Of a stretch of DNA of 11,146 bases, positions 1 to 8,086 are shown piece after piece; position 1 is the first letter of the stretch, and the number at the start of each line of letters is the position of its first letter. The translations under genes were made by a program, and so were the position numbers. Where the stretch lies: contig JAHQWW010000126.1 of the NCBI GenBank assembly GCA_029856365.1, positions 1-11,146 on the forward strand. The letters are read 5' to 3'. The notes under the pieces were generated by a model. It worked only from the letters and a program-made list of their open reading frames with translations. It had not been told where the DNA came from and did no database searches. The DNA is from Candidatus Hodarchaeota archaeon (GTDB lineage Archaea > Asgardarchaeota > Heimdallarchaeia > Hodarchaeales > Hodarchaeaceae).

Positions 1-501
1 AAAGGAGAGCATTGAAAAATTAGAACTTGCTTTGCTACAAATTTTGGATATACTCTCGCTAAGAGAAGGATTAATGTTTAAAATAATTGCCTGAAAACTT
101 CTTTCAATAATCTCCATTTCACGCTCACTTTTTGTATTGGAAATACTGTCAGCAAATAGAATGGAAGCCTGGCCCACCAATACGGCAGCAATATGTTCCT
201 CCATTGCTTTCGGTAATCCTTCTGTTGCTGATATTAGTTTAAGTGTGATTGCAGGATCCGAACAGATAAAGAAAAATTTATTCTGTAAGGAAACAATAAA
301 TACTTCTGAAACCTTAAAGCCTGTATGTTCAAATTCAATGGATGCAACAGAGTTCTCTCCAAAGATTTCTGACCCAATATTTCCAAGACCCTGAAGAAAG
401 TTCACAACAAAAGCAAGAAACTCTTCATCGGGATTACCAAATGCCCATTCAACTTCCAAATCTGGATTAACAAACAGAGCCCAATTTTCATCTACTCTCA
501 T
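1..501 (-). CDS. Longin-like domain protein, paralog of the adjacent 536..1588 gene; 3' part runs off the left window edge (partial)
   Basis: Not in the ORF track. Hand translation of the minus strand from ATG at 501 gives 167 uninterrupted codons: MRVDENWALFVNPDLEVEWAFGNPDEEFLAFVVNFLQGLGNIGSEIFGENSVASIEFEHTGFKVSEVFIVSLQNKFFFICSDP...AVLVGQASILF...ASSNFSMLSF. It aligns colinearly with the neighbouring protein, with about half of the residues identical by manual count. An alternative in-frame TTG lies at 510. Confidence 0.93.
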   Translation of the reverse strand, partial: MRVDENWALFVNPDLEVEWAFGNPDEEFLAFVVNFLQGLGNIGSEIFGENSVASIEFEHTGFKVSEVFIVSLQNKFFFICSDPAITLKLISATEGLPKAMEEHIAAVLVGQASILFADSISNTKSEREMEIIERSFQAIILNINPSLSESISKICSKASSNFSMLSF

Positions 502-535
502 TCTACCCAATCCATGATTCAACGAGTATTGGAAG

Positions 536-1588
536 CTATAATCGTCCAAAAATTCTTGCAATAAAATTACGTCTTTGTATCCCGTCCTTCTTAGGAATTT
601 GTATGGTTTTAGACTGAAGAACATAATTCTCTAGTAAAGGCTTAATGTCCATTTTTTCTAATTCTTGGGTTTGGGATATCAAAATTTCTTCAGTAATCCT
701 TTTTTTGAGAGAAGCTTCTAAATCTTTTAGTACTGAGTCACTCATTTCGAAGAAACTGTCATAGAATTCAGGATCTAATGCTAACTCAATAAATGGTGCA
801 TCTATTGTAAGAAAATACTCCTCACCATGAGAGAAAGACAAACTCTGAATATTATTCGTTCCGAAAACAAGACTCCTAGGTTTCGAGTCAAAAAGGGTCA
901 TTAAAAATGATATGATTATTGCTAAGTAACCAGCTAAAACGACAGGATCTTTTTCAACGTGAAAATCGAGTGGGATTTCTCCTCCAGACATATGACTAAC
1001 TAGTCCCCATCCTTTAGGGGACATGGGACGCGTTAATTCAGGTTGTTTTCGTAAATAATAGTGTAAAAATAAAAGATCTTCAAAATAAAGCATTGAGAAA
1101 TTACTAGCACTTTTCCCTACGATTTTATTAATATCTTCTCTATATTTATCCGAAATATCCAGAATAATATTCTGCCAAATTGATTCGAAATAATCACGAG
1201 TCTCTTCATCTGGTAGTTCGGTGATGCATTGGGCATACAACATTGATGCTTGTCCAACTAGGACTGCACTCATGATCTCTTGAACTTCATGAACAATCCC
1301 ACCATGTGCATCAATTAACTTCATCGTGGTACTTGGATCGCTCATTATCAGAAAAAATTTATTCTCTAATGAAACAACAAACACTTCAGATGGCCGAAAT
1401 CCAGCATGTTTCTTCACATCAAAGTTGATCTGTGCTATACCATGCTGACCAAATAGCTCCTCACCGATTTGGGCAAGGGCTGTTAAAAAATTAACAACAA
1501 AAGCAAGGAACTCGTCATCTGGGTTACCAAAAGACCATTTTACGGTTTTACATTCAACAAAGATCGCCCAATTTGATTCAACTTGCAA
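536..1588 (-). CDS. Putative double longin-like domain protein with C-terminal amphipathic helix
   Basis: Long ORF (track start GTG 1597). TTG at 1588 is preferred because it lies 9 nt after a GGTGA RBS and aligns with the paralog's ATG (MQVESNW vs MRVDENW). Two segments show a longin-like beta-beta-alpha-beta-beta-beta pattern: WAIFV/VKWSF/FVVNFLTALAQIGEELFG/IAQINF/VFVVSL/FFLIMSD and WGLVSH.SGGEIPL/DPVVLAGYLAIIISFL/PRSLVFG/SLSF/YFLTID. The CDS is secure; the fold call is an inference (about 0.6). Confidence 0.8.
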   Translation of the reverse strand: MQVESNWAIFVECKTVKWSFGNPDDEFLAFVVNFLTALAQIGEELFGQHGIAQINFDVKKHAGFRPSEVFVVSLENKFFLIMSDPSTTMKLIDAHGGIVHEVQEIMSAVLVGQASMLYAQCITELPDEETRDYFESIWQNIILDISDKYREDINKIVGKSASNFSMLYFEDLLFLHYYLRKQPELTRPMSPKGWGLVSHMSGGEIPLDFHVEKDPVVLAGYLAIIISFLMTLFDSKPRSLVFGTNNIQSLSFSHGEEYFLTIDAPFIELALDPEFYDSFFEMSDSVLKDLEASLKKRITEEILISQTQELEKMDIKPLLENYVLQSKTIQIPKKDGIQRRNFIARIFGRL

Positions 1589-1597
1589 GAAAACCAC

Positions 1598-1803
1598 TCA
1601 CCGATTTAATCTCTTTTATTTTTAATTTTATCTAAAATAGCTTTGTTTGATGGTAAGTGTGTTTTATTTGGGTTAATTTTTTTAGTATTAATACATTACT
1701 TTTTTGTATTTCTTTATAGAAGTTTCTATATAATATTTATTTTTAGATTATTTGCCATTTGAATCCATAATTCTACTAGAAAAGCAAGTACGGTGAAATT
1801 TGT
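1598..1803. promoter_or_regulatory. Divergent promoter region (longin pair / aminotransferase)
   Basis: Very AT-rich non-coding gap between divergent genes with several TATA-like words (TTTATA, TATATAA), an inverted repeat TATAGAA-GT-TTCTATA at 1715-1730, and GGTGA RBS motifs before both starts. Confidence 0.55.
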
Positions 1804-2967
1804 ATGATATCAGACCAAGTAAGAATATTAAAAGGATCTCCGACTATGAATTTTCTCTCTATGGCTAAGCAAAGGGAGTCAGAAGGACATCATATTATCC
1901 ACCTCTCAATTGGACAACCAGACTTTCAACCTCTTAAACCAATTATTGATACTACAATTAAAGCAATCAATGAAGGGAAAACAGCTTACACAGTTAGCTC
2001 TGGCATTCCAGAATTGCGTCAAGCCATTAGTAACCTTTATCTTGAAGATTTTGGATTATCAATAAACTCTACAGATGAAATAAAGATTACCTCAGGAGGT
2101 AAACAAGGAGTACTTGCATCATTTTATTCAGTTTTAAACAGAGGGGATAATATAATCATTCCTGAGCCATATTGGGTAAGTTATCCTGATATGGCTCAAT
2201 TAGTTGGAGCTAAATCCATTACCATTCCCATGACATCTGATTTTTCATTAAACCAAGATGAAATATTATCTAGTGTAACTGATAAAAGAACACGCGCTAT
2301 TTTGATTAACTCTCCTAATAATCCTTCTTCTCATCTTCTTTCTTTTGAAGAAATTCAGTTTCTTAAAGATCTTGTGGAAGATCACAATATTTTTATTATC
2401 AGTGATGAAATCTATTGGGATTATATTTTCACTGATACTCCAACTCGCACATTATTAACAGAATTCGATGATTGGCGTCAGAATATTATTGTAATTAATG
2501 GATTTGCTAAAACATATAGCATGACAGGATATCGTCTCGGATGGACGATCAGTAATTCGGAAATCGCAGAAGGCATTCTTAAAATAATTCAAGCAACAAC
2601 AACCTGTCCAACTAACTTTTGTCAATGGGGAGGTATTACTGCTTTAAAGGAAAGAGCTCAAGCAAGAGAGTTGATAAATAAAATATTTCCAGAACGAAGA
2701 AAAGTCTTAGTGGAAGAGGTCCAGAAAACAGATGGTCTGTCCCTTGAAGCCATTGATGGAGCTTTTTATGGTTTTGTTAAGTATCATTTCACTGACCGAT
2801 CTTCTGAAGATGTTGCTATAGACATTTTGATGAATGCTAATGTATCTGTGGTTCCTGGATCTGCTTTTGGAACATCAGCAGAGGGGTACCTCCGTGTTGC
2901 ATTCTCACGCTCAACCTCAGAAATAATAGAGGCTTTTAATCGTATCCGAAAGTATCTTAACAAGTGA
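1804..2967 (+). CDS. PLP-dependent aminotransferase class I/II (aspartate aminotransferase-like)
   Basis: Motifs LSIGQPDF, YT.SSGIPELR, TSGGKQ, NSPNNPS, SDEIY, GFAKTYSMTGYRLG (PLP lysine) and PGSAFG...GYLRVAF; GGTGA RBS upstream. Confidence 0.95.
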   Translation: MISDQVRILKGSPTMNFLSMAKQRESEGHHIIHLSIGQPDFQPLKPIIDTTIKAINEGKTAYTVSSGIPELRQAISNLYLEDFGLSINSTDEIKITSGGKQGVLASFYSVLNRGDNIIIPEPYWVSYPDMAQLVGAKSITIPMTSDFSLNQDEILSSVTDKRTRAILINSPNNPSSHLLSFEEIQFLKDLVEDHNIFIISDEIYWDYIFTDTPTRTLLTEFDDWRQNIIVINGFAKTYSMTGYRLGWTISNSEIAEGILKIIQATTTCPTNFCQWGGITALKERAQARELINKIFPERRKVLVEEVQKTDGLSLEAIDGAFYGFVKYHFTDRSSEDVAIDILMNANVSVVPGSAFGTSAEGYLRVAFSRSTSEIIEAFNRIRKYLNK

Positions 2968-3067
2968 AATGAAACTGGCATACAACTATAATTCATTTAT
3001 CAGTTAATCTCTTAAAACAAGACATAGACTCTGCAACAGAGAGATAACTGGTAATTTTTTCTTTATC

Positions 3068-4114
3068 TTAAGAAGGAGGAGGGTCTAAAACAATCCATCC
3101 AGTAACACGTAAATAGGTAAGATTTTCAACAAAATAGGTTTTAATTTCGTTAGAAAATGATGCAAGTGGCGCAATTTCAACACCTTTTTCTAACTTTGAT
3201 AGCATTGACTGTACTGCGTTTAAATGACGAGTATTTAGCATAAATCCTTTATCAACAAGTGTAAGTATCTGCGTAGAGAATTCTTTTTCCAACAATAAAT
3301 TTGGAATGTTATCACATAGCTTAATGAATACAGAAATAATATTTCGGTATGAAGCGTCTGCTTCAATTAAAAATGGAACCAGATTATTAGGATCAAAATT
3401 TGTTTGTGCTTCATCAAATTTCTTCTTTGAGTCAATTATCTGTTCGTAGATTTCTTCTGTTACAGCCAGAGGGATTTTTGATTCTGTTAGTGGTGAATAA
3501 GTACTCACAACCTCTTGAATAGTGTTTAAAGTCTTGAGGAAAATCTCAAGATTATCCTTGATTTTCTTTTGTTCTTTAACTCGTGTTCTGACTTTTTTAA
3601 GTCTTTCTCGCTCGTTCTGAACCTTATTGCTAACACGTTTACTTTTAACTTGCTTTTGTTTTATTTCTAGGGCTTTCTCCTCCAGTTTTTGTTTTTCTTT
3701 TTTTAAAACCTCTATTTTAGAATCAATAATATTGTGTTCAGATTTTAAATGAGCAAGCTGCTGTTCAAATGGAGTAATTTCTTCTTGAAGTTTTTTTATT
3801 TCGGACTCTAACTGGATTTTGGTTTCGATGAGCTGGAGGATTACAAATGGTTCTACACTATCTTTTATTTCTCTTTTGGATATTCTTTCTTGAAGAGTAG
3901 TCCATCTATTAGCTAAAGTTAATTCTTCAGTAGATAATTCGGATAATTTACTAGATAAGTCTGCTTTGATTTGAAGATGTGTCTCAGCTTCTTGTTTCAA
4001 TTCTTTTTCGATATCAAGAATTTCATTAATACGTGACTTCACTTCAACCTTATCCTTGTTGATGAATCTTTTCACGGATGTCCTCGATCTCCTTTGTAAG
4101 AGTGTTGAGTTCAT
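3068..4114 (-). CDS. Long coiled-coil protein with helical C-terminal domain, function unknown; real start probably GTG 4075 or GTG 4042
   Basis: About 180 aa of K/E/Q/L-rich heptad sequence followed by a more globular helical region. The first ~15 codons after ATG 4114 (NSTLLQRRSRTS) look like an off-frame by-product of the overlapping upstream ORF. GTG 4075 follows GAGGA and GTG 4042 follows AAGGT. Confidence 0.85.
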   Translation of the reverse strand: MNSTLLQRRSRTSVKRFINKDKVEVKSRINEILDIEKELKQEAETHLQIKADLSSKLSELSTEELTLANRWTTLQERISKREIKDSVEPFVILQLIETKIQLESEIKKLQEEITPFEQQLAHLKSEHNIIDSKIEVLKKEKQKLEEKALEIKQKQVKSKRVSNKVQNERERLKKVRTRVKEQKKIKDNLEIFLKTLNTIQEVVSTYSPLTESKIPLAVTEEIYEQIIDSKKKFDEAQTNFDPNNLVPFLIEADASYRNIISVFIKLCDNIPNLLLEKEFSTQILTLVDKGFMLNTRHLNAVQSMLSKLEKGVEIAPLASFSNEIKTYFVENLTYLRVTGWIVLDPPPS

Positions 4115-4607
4115 CTTGGGCCGAGTTGATCTCCTTGGAAAGCTGGTCTAATTCAAGCAACTCAGGCCTCCCACTGACATCAGAAAGAGATCCAGATTGA
4201 GCAATTAGGGAAGAAATTTCTTGTTGATATTGTTCTTCTAATGATTTTTGCTGTTTATTATGGTTTGATGTTTCAGTAATAGTTCGTTCGATCTGTAATC
4301 TCTTTGATTGAAGTTGGGAGAGAGTTTGTTGTTTCTCTTGAATTAGTTCTTTTAATTCTGCAGGATCTTGTTCAATGTCGTCAAAGTCTTGTTTTACGAC
4401 AGATAGTTCTGGATGGTCAGCTAGAAGGTCATTGATCTCCTTCTTCCTCTTATTCACATTTTTTTGTTTTTCATCAACTTTTTTCGAGAGCATTCCTCTT
4501 ATTCGACGATTCTTGGACATTTTTTGATCATATTTTGCTTTCTTCTCTTGGTAAAGATTCTCTAGTTCCTCTTCGGATAGCTGTGATAATTTCTCTCTAG
4601 TCAGCAA
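4050..4607 (-). CDS. Coiled-coil protein, function unknown
   Basis: 185 aa, almost entirely heptad-patterned and Q/E/K-rich; TTG start preceded by a GAGTGA RBS-like motif. Confidence 0.88.
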   Translation of the reverse strand: MLTREKLSQLSEEELENLYQEKKAKYDQKMSKNRRIRGMLSKKVDEKQKNVNKRKKEINDLLADHPELSVVKQDFDDIEQDPAELKELIQEKQQTLSQLQSKRLQIERTITETSNHNKQQKSLEEQYQQEISSLIAQSGSLSDVSGRPELLELDQLSKEINSAQDELNTLTKEIEDIREKIHQQG

Positions 4608-4774
4608 CAGTAATCACTCTAATAATTCGTATAGAAGTTGATTTCTTAAATCATTTTTGTAATAAATGGGAATTTTTTGTATTATATGATACATCCTGAA
4701 AATTAGTGTGAAAAAATATAGACCTTTTTATTATTCTAGCAGCCTCTAGGCTATTGCATAATGATTTCGATTCT

Positions 4775-4921
4775 ATGGCCGTAAGATTCTCATTAAAGAA
4801 ATATTTCACGATCATTCCTGTCACATTATTGAATATGATGGGCGAGGAGGGAACAGCCCCTATAATTCTTCTATCTTGTAGTGATTGTAAAAAAACAATG
4901 TTACTATATTTAAACGAATAA
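4775..4921 (+). other. Possible small or degenerate ORF with a single CxxC
   Basis: 48 codons, MAVRFSLKKYFTIIPVTLLNMMGEEGTAPIILLSCSDCKKTMLLYLNE, in an otherwise empty gap. No clear RBS. Confidence 0.25.
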
Positions 4922-4983
4922 CGTTATACGAAAAAAAATAATAATAATAAAGTTTAATTTCATACTAAATCGGAGAGTTACCA

Positions 4984-5223
4984 ATGAATCCCGAAATAAT
5001 ATTCTTTCAATCATTAATCTGTCCACGATGTATCCGTGTTCGTCAAATTTTGAATACAATTCAGAATAACCATCCTAATTTAATTATCAAAAAAGTTGAC
5101 TCAATCAAAAAATTTCTGAAGCGTGAATTAAAAACCTCACCAGCAGTTAAAATTGGTGAAACTATTCTTTACGGAAAGGAAATTACAGAAAATCGAATAC
5201 TGGGTGAATTGAGATTATTATAA
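4984..5223 (+). CDS. Small thioredoxin/glutaredoxin-fold protein
   Basis: N-terminal beta strand followed by CPRC, a putative cis-Pro motif (TSPAVKIG), 79 aa length and a GGAG RBS upstream. Confidence 0.85.
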   Translation: MNPEIIFFQSLICPRCIRVRQILNTIQNNHPNLIIKKVDSIKKFLKRELKTSPAVKIGETILYGKEITENRILGELRLL

Positions 5224-5227
5224 TCTT

Positions 5228-6376
5228 CTATACATTATTAATTAAATGATCTATCAAGAGTAGAAGCTTTTCAAGCTGAGCTTTTCTAGTTAAAGGCATA
5301 ATGGTAAAGCGTAAACACCCATTTACAATAGTTGTAGTCCAACCTTGCTCCCATAACTTCCTATGCAATTCAAATACATTTAGAGGAAAATTGGTTGGAA
5401 TTTTTACACCAAGAATGTTGATGGGTGGTTTAATCGGAATTGATAGACCCCGTTTCTCAAGTTCTTCAGCAAGATATTGAGTATTCTCAATGCAAGAAAA
5501 AACAATTTTTTGAAAACCTTTGAATCCAATTTTATTCCACAGTGATGCAAAAGCAATCGTAGATGCTCCAGATCTAGTTCCAGTAATAGTTATCTGTTTT
5601 GGATTTCCAGCTAAGTAAGGTAATGTAAACTGAATAGCTTGAGGGTAAATATTATCTCTCCACAGCAATCCTCCTCCAGGGATAGGAACACGACCCATTT
5701 TGTGAATATCAACCGTAATGGATACTACAGATTTCAAATCAAAAGAAAGAAAGAATTTTTCTCGTGATTGGGGAAGAAATGGAAAAACAAGACCACCAAA
5801 TGCTGCATCAATATGCATATCTAGTTGATGTTCCAAACATATTTTGTTAAGTTCATTTAAAGGATCAATCGTACCAAATGCTGTTGTCCCAGCTACTCCT
5901 ACGCAAGCTATTGTCTTTTTCGTAATTGATTCTATTACCGCCTCTAGGTTAACTTGATATTTAGGTGTTGTAGGGACTTTAATAAGTTTCAGCTTTAAGA
6001 GATCAGCAGCTTTATCAAAGGAAATATGCACAGATTCAGGAACAATAATTTCTGGGGTTTCCAAGTTGAGGTTCTTATTATTCCGAATAGCCCAAAGGGC
6101 GGTAACATTAGCTTCTGATCCACCAGAGAGGATAACACCTGTCCCAGAAGATGGTAGCTGAAATAATCTACCTAAGATCGTAATTACATGATCTTCGATA
6201 TTCATAGTGCCTGGAAATAACGCAGGGTCACCCAGATTTTTCTCTAGATTGTCACGAAAAACGTCTTGTGCGAAAGGATCAGCTTCACAATTCATCGAAC
6301 TTAAAACCTTTCCCTTTGAGTATGAGAAGTCTTTTTTAAGCTCTTCTTTAATACTAAATGATTGATTGACTTTCAA
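5228..6376 (-). CDS. mfnA: Tyrosine/aspartate decarboxylase MfnA (group II PLP decarboxylase)
   Basis: MfnA-type N-terminus (D.SY..GKVLSSM, NLGDPALFPGT), SGGSEAN, HISFDKA, AGTT.FG.IDP, HIDAAFGG, SITVDIHKMG (PLP lysine) and TGTRSGA; GGGAG upstream of the TTG start. Confidence 0.92.
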   Translation of the reverse strand: MKVNQSFSIKEELKKDFSYSKGKVLSSMNCEADPFAQDVFRDNLEKNLGDPALFPGTMNIEDHVITILGRLFQLPSSGTGVILSGGSEANVTALWAIRNNKNLNLETPEIIVPESVHISFDKAADLLKLKLIKVPTTPKYQVNLEAVIESITKKTIACVGVAGTTAFGTIDPLNELNKICLEHQLDMHIDAAFGGLVFPFLPQSREKFFLSFDLKSVVSITVDIHKMGRVPIPGGGLLWRDNIYPQAIQFTLPYLAGNPKQITITGTRSGASTIAFASLWNKIGFKGFQKIVFSCIENTQYLAEELEKRGLSIPIKPPINILGVKIPTNFPLNVFELHRKLWEQGWTTTIVNGCLRFTIMPLTRKAQLEKLLLLIDHLINNV

Positions 6377-6596
6377 TAGAGATAATACTCCCTAAAAAAA
6401 TATTTATTAACCAATTCATTCCCTTTCCGATCTGTACAAAAGGTTATGTGGCCAAAATGTATGCACAGGTATATACAATGTGAGGCTGTCTTGTATTACA
6501 ACTTATTGTGTTATTTCCTGTATCTCCTGAACTAAATCTGGTTCTAGGATTCATAAATGATTCTTTTAAGACTCGTTAAACTATAGTTTTGGAGAC

Positions 6597-7808
6597 TCAA
6601 AAGAAATCACGAAAGAAATTATTTTGTAGAGGAAAAAGACGATCAAGTAATGAGACTATCTCCTTTGAACAATCTATCTCCCATGAATCATACAGTTGCG
6701 ATGCATTCCTGTACCCTACAATTATTTGAGAGAGAGATCCAATTTCTATTGTTACATCAGAGGGGAGTGTTGTTTCCTCAAGTTTTGCTCTGCCTCCTGA
6801 TACAGTAAAACTGAAAGACTTATTGTTCCAATCACAAAACTTGTCAATAACCTTCAATACCAGTTTTATTTTTTCTGAATAGTCAAATGCTTCCATAACA
6901 GGGATAATATCCACAATTCGCACCATTGAAGCAGGAAACACCTCATTAGCCTTAATTCTTGCTTCTTTAAGAAACGCTAATATGTTAGAATCAGCTGTAG
7001 AAAATACTATGTAATTTCGATGATCCATGTGCGTTTTGAGGAAATTAAATAACGCCTGTTTGGTTTTCCGGTCATCCCAGAATATTTCTGATAAGTAAAT
7101 TGTTTCCTCGCTTTTCTCAACACCTTCAGGACTAGGAGGTTGATGTTCTAAAAATCGTGTAATTACATAACCAGAAGGCTTATCTTTAGCATTATAACAC
7201 ACAAATAAGTATCCTGGTTCTTTAGGGTTGACTCTTCGGCGCCAGTCTTCCTCTGTTCGTTTAAGCATGTAATTGTACTTATGTCCTGCGATTTTAGAGT
7301 AAACCTCTTTTATATGGTCTAATGTGAAAACTTCACGAACAACCCTATTTGTAATTGGACGGAAAATCAATTTACTTGTCTCAATATGGTAACGATGATT
7401 ATCATTAGCAAGTTTCCAGCCAAATTGTTCATAAAAAGAGAATTTGAACGGGTACAAACATGATATTAGGAGTTGTTTTTCTTGCATCTCTTTCAATATC
7501 TTGTGTAAGATTTTATATACAAGACCTTTATTACGATATGAGGGTGCCGTTGCTACTCCCCAGATACCAGACATTGGGAATTCTTTATTTCTTATAATAA
7601 CGGTTGAAGAGAAAAATGCGCATGTAGAAACCAAGTTGCTGTTATCAAAACACCCGTAAACCTGACTCATATCTTTAAGATGAGGATGTGACTCTTCATA
7701 GTCCATTGGAACAACGTTTTCATACGTATTTTTTGTTGGCTCAAATGCATAACGTGTTAGTCGGGCAAATGCTTCCCGATCCTCAGGAGTTAATTGTCGA
7801 ATTTCCAT
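6597..7808 (-). CDS. Eis-like GNAT N-acetyltransferase (tandem GNAT plus C-terminal SCP2-like domain)
   Basis: Acetyl-CoA motif GVATAPSYRNKGL, LYPFKFSFYEQFGW, MVRIVD, DKFCDWNN and LSQIIVGY; ~400 aa length typical of the Eis family; GAGGA upstream. Confidence 0.92.
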   Translation of the reverse strand: MEIRQLTPEDREAFARLTRYAFEPTKNTYENVVPMDYEESHPHLKDMSQVYGCFDNSNLVSTCAFFSSTVIIRNKEFPMSGIWGVATAPSYRNKGLVYKILHKILKEMQEKQLLISCLYPFKFSFYEQFGWKLANDNHRYHIETSKLIFRPITNRVVREVFTLDHIKEVYSKIAGHKYNYMLKRTEEDWRRRVNPKEPGYLFVCYNAKDKPSGYVITRFLEHQPPSPEGVEKSEETIYLSEIFWDDRKTKQALFNFLKTHMDHRNYIVFSTADSNILAFLKEARIKANEVFPASMVRIVDIIPVMEAFDYSEKIKLVLKVIDKFCDWNNKSFSFTVSGGRAKLEETTLPSDVTIEIGSLSQIIVGYRNASQLYDSWEIDCSKEIVSLLDRLFPLQNNFFRDFF

Positions 7809-7944
7809 GGTGATGATTCCTCAGAATAGGTCTTTTTAATTATTTTCTCGAAACTTCGATGTTTTTCATAAAGCTATACAAACATTTTTCAAATTAGCAC
7901 AAATAAATCTAGTTGATGTGGCAATTCCATTGACAATACTTCGA

Positions 7945-7966
7945 TCCATTATCTTGAAATAATGGA
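7945..7966. promoter_or_regulatory. Perfect 8-bp inverted repeat (candidate operator) in the GNAT/MFS divergent intergenic region
   Basis: TCCATTAT-CTTGAA-ATAATGGA, with a further partial half-site TTCCATT at 7925-7931. Confidence 0.45.
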
Positions 7967-8086
7967 AATATTTCTTATATGTTTTAATATTCTCTTTTTT
8001 CCCCTCAAGAATGCAAAATACATTTGTTACAAGTTTCCAAACCTCAAGATTGAAAGATTAGAGATTCTATATGTTCGTGATAAGAG

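Noticed and set aside
1-60. Suspected frameshift near the left edge of the partial paralog
   Set aside because: Careful re-reading gives a continuous frame (SESISKICSKASSNFSMLSF) that matches the neighbour.
137-394. 85 aa plus-strand ORF in the track
   Set aside because: It is the antisense shadow of the real minus-strand paralog at 1..501.
2784-2996. 70 aa minus-strand ORF
   Set aside because: Antisense to the aminotransferase 3' end, with no recognisable motifs.
3068-4607. SMC/Rad50 or ESCRT-III assignment for the coiled-coil ORFs
   Set aside because: No Walker A/B, hinge or hook, and no recognisable Snf7 pattern; any similarity would be compositional.
4630-4639. 10-mer TATAGAAGTT shared with 1715-1724 as a possible common regulatory motif
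   Set aside because: Short AT-rich word at very different distances from the starts; plausibly chance.
6377-6596. Intergenic gap with short ORFs on both strands and small palindromes (TTGTATTACAA)
   Set aside because: No convincing RBS, RNA fold or tRNA features.
7444-7659. 71 aa plus-strand ORF
   Set aside because: Antisense within the GNAT gene.
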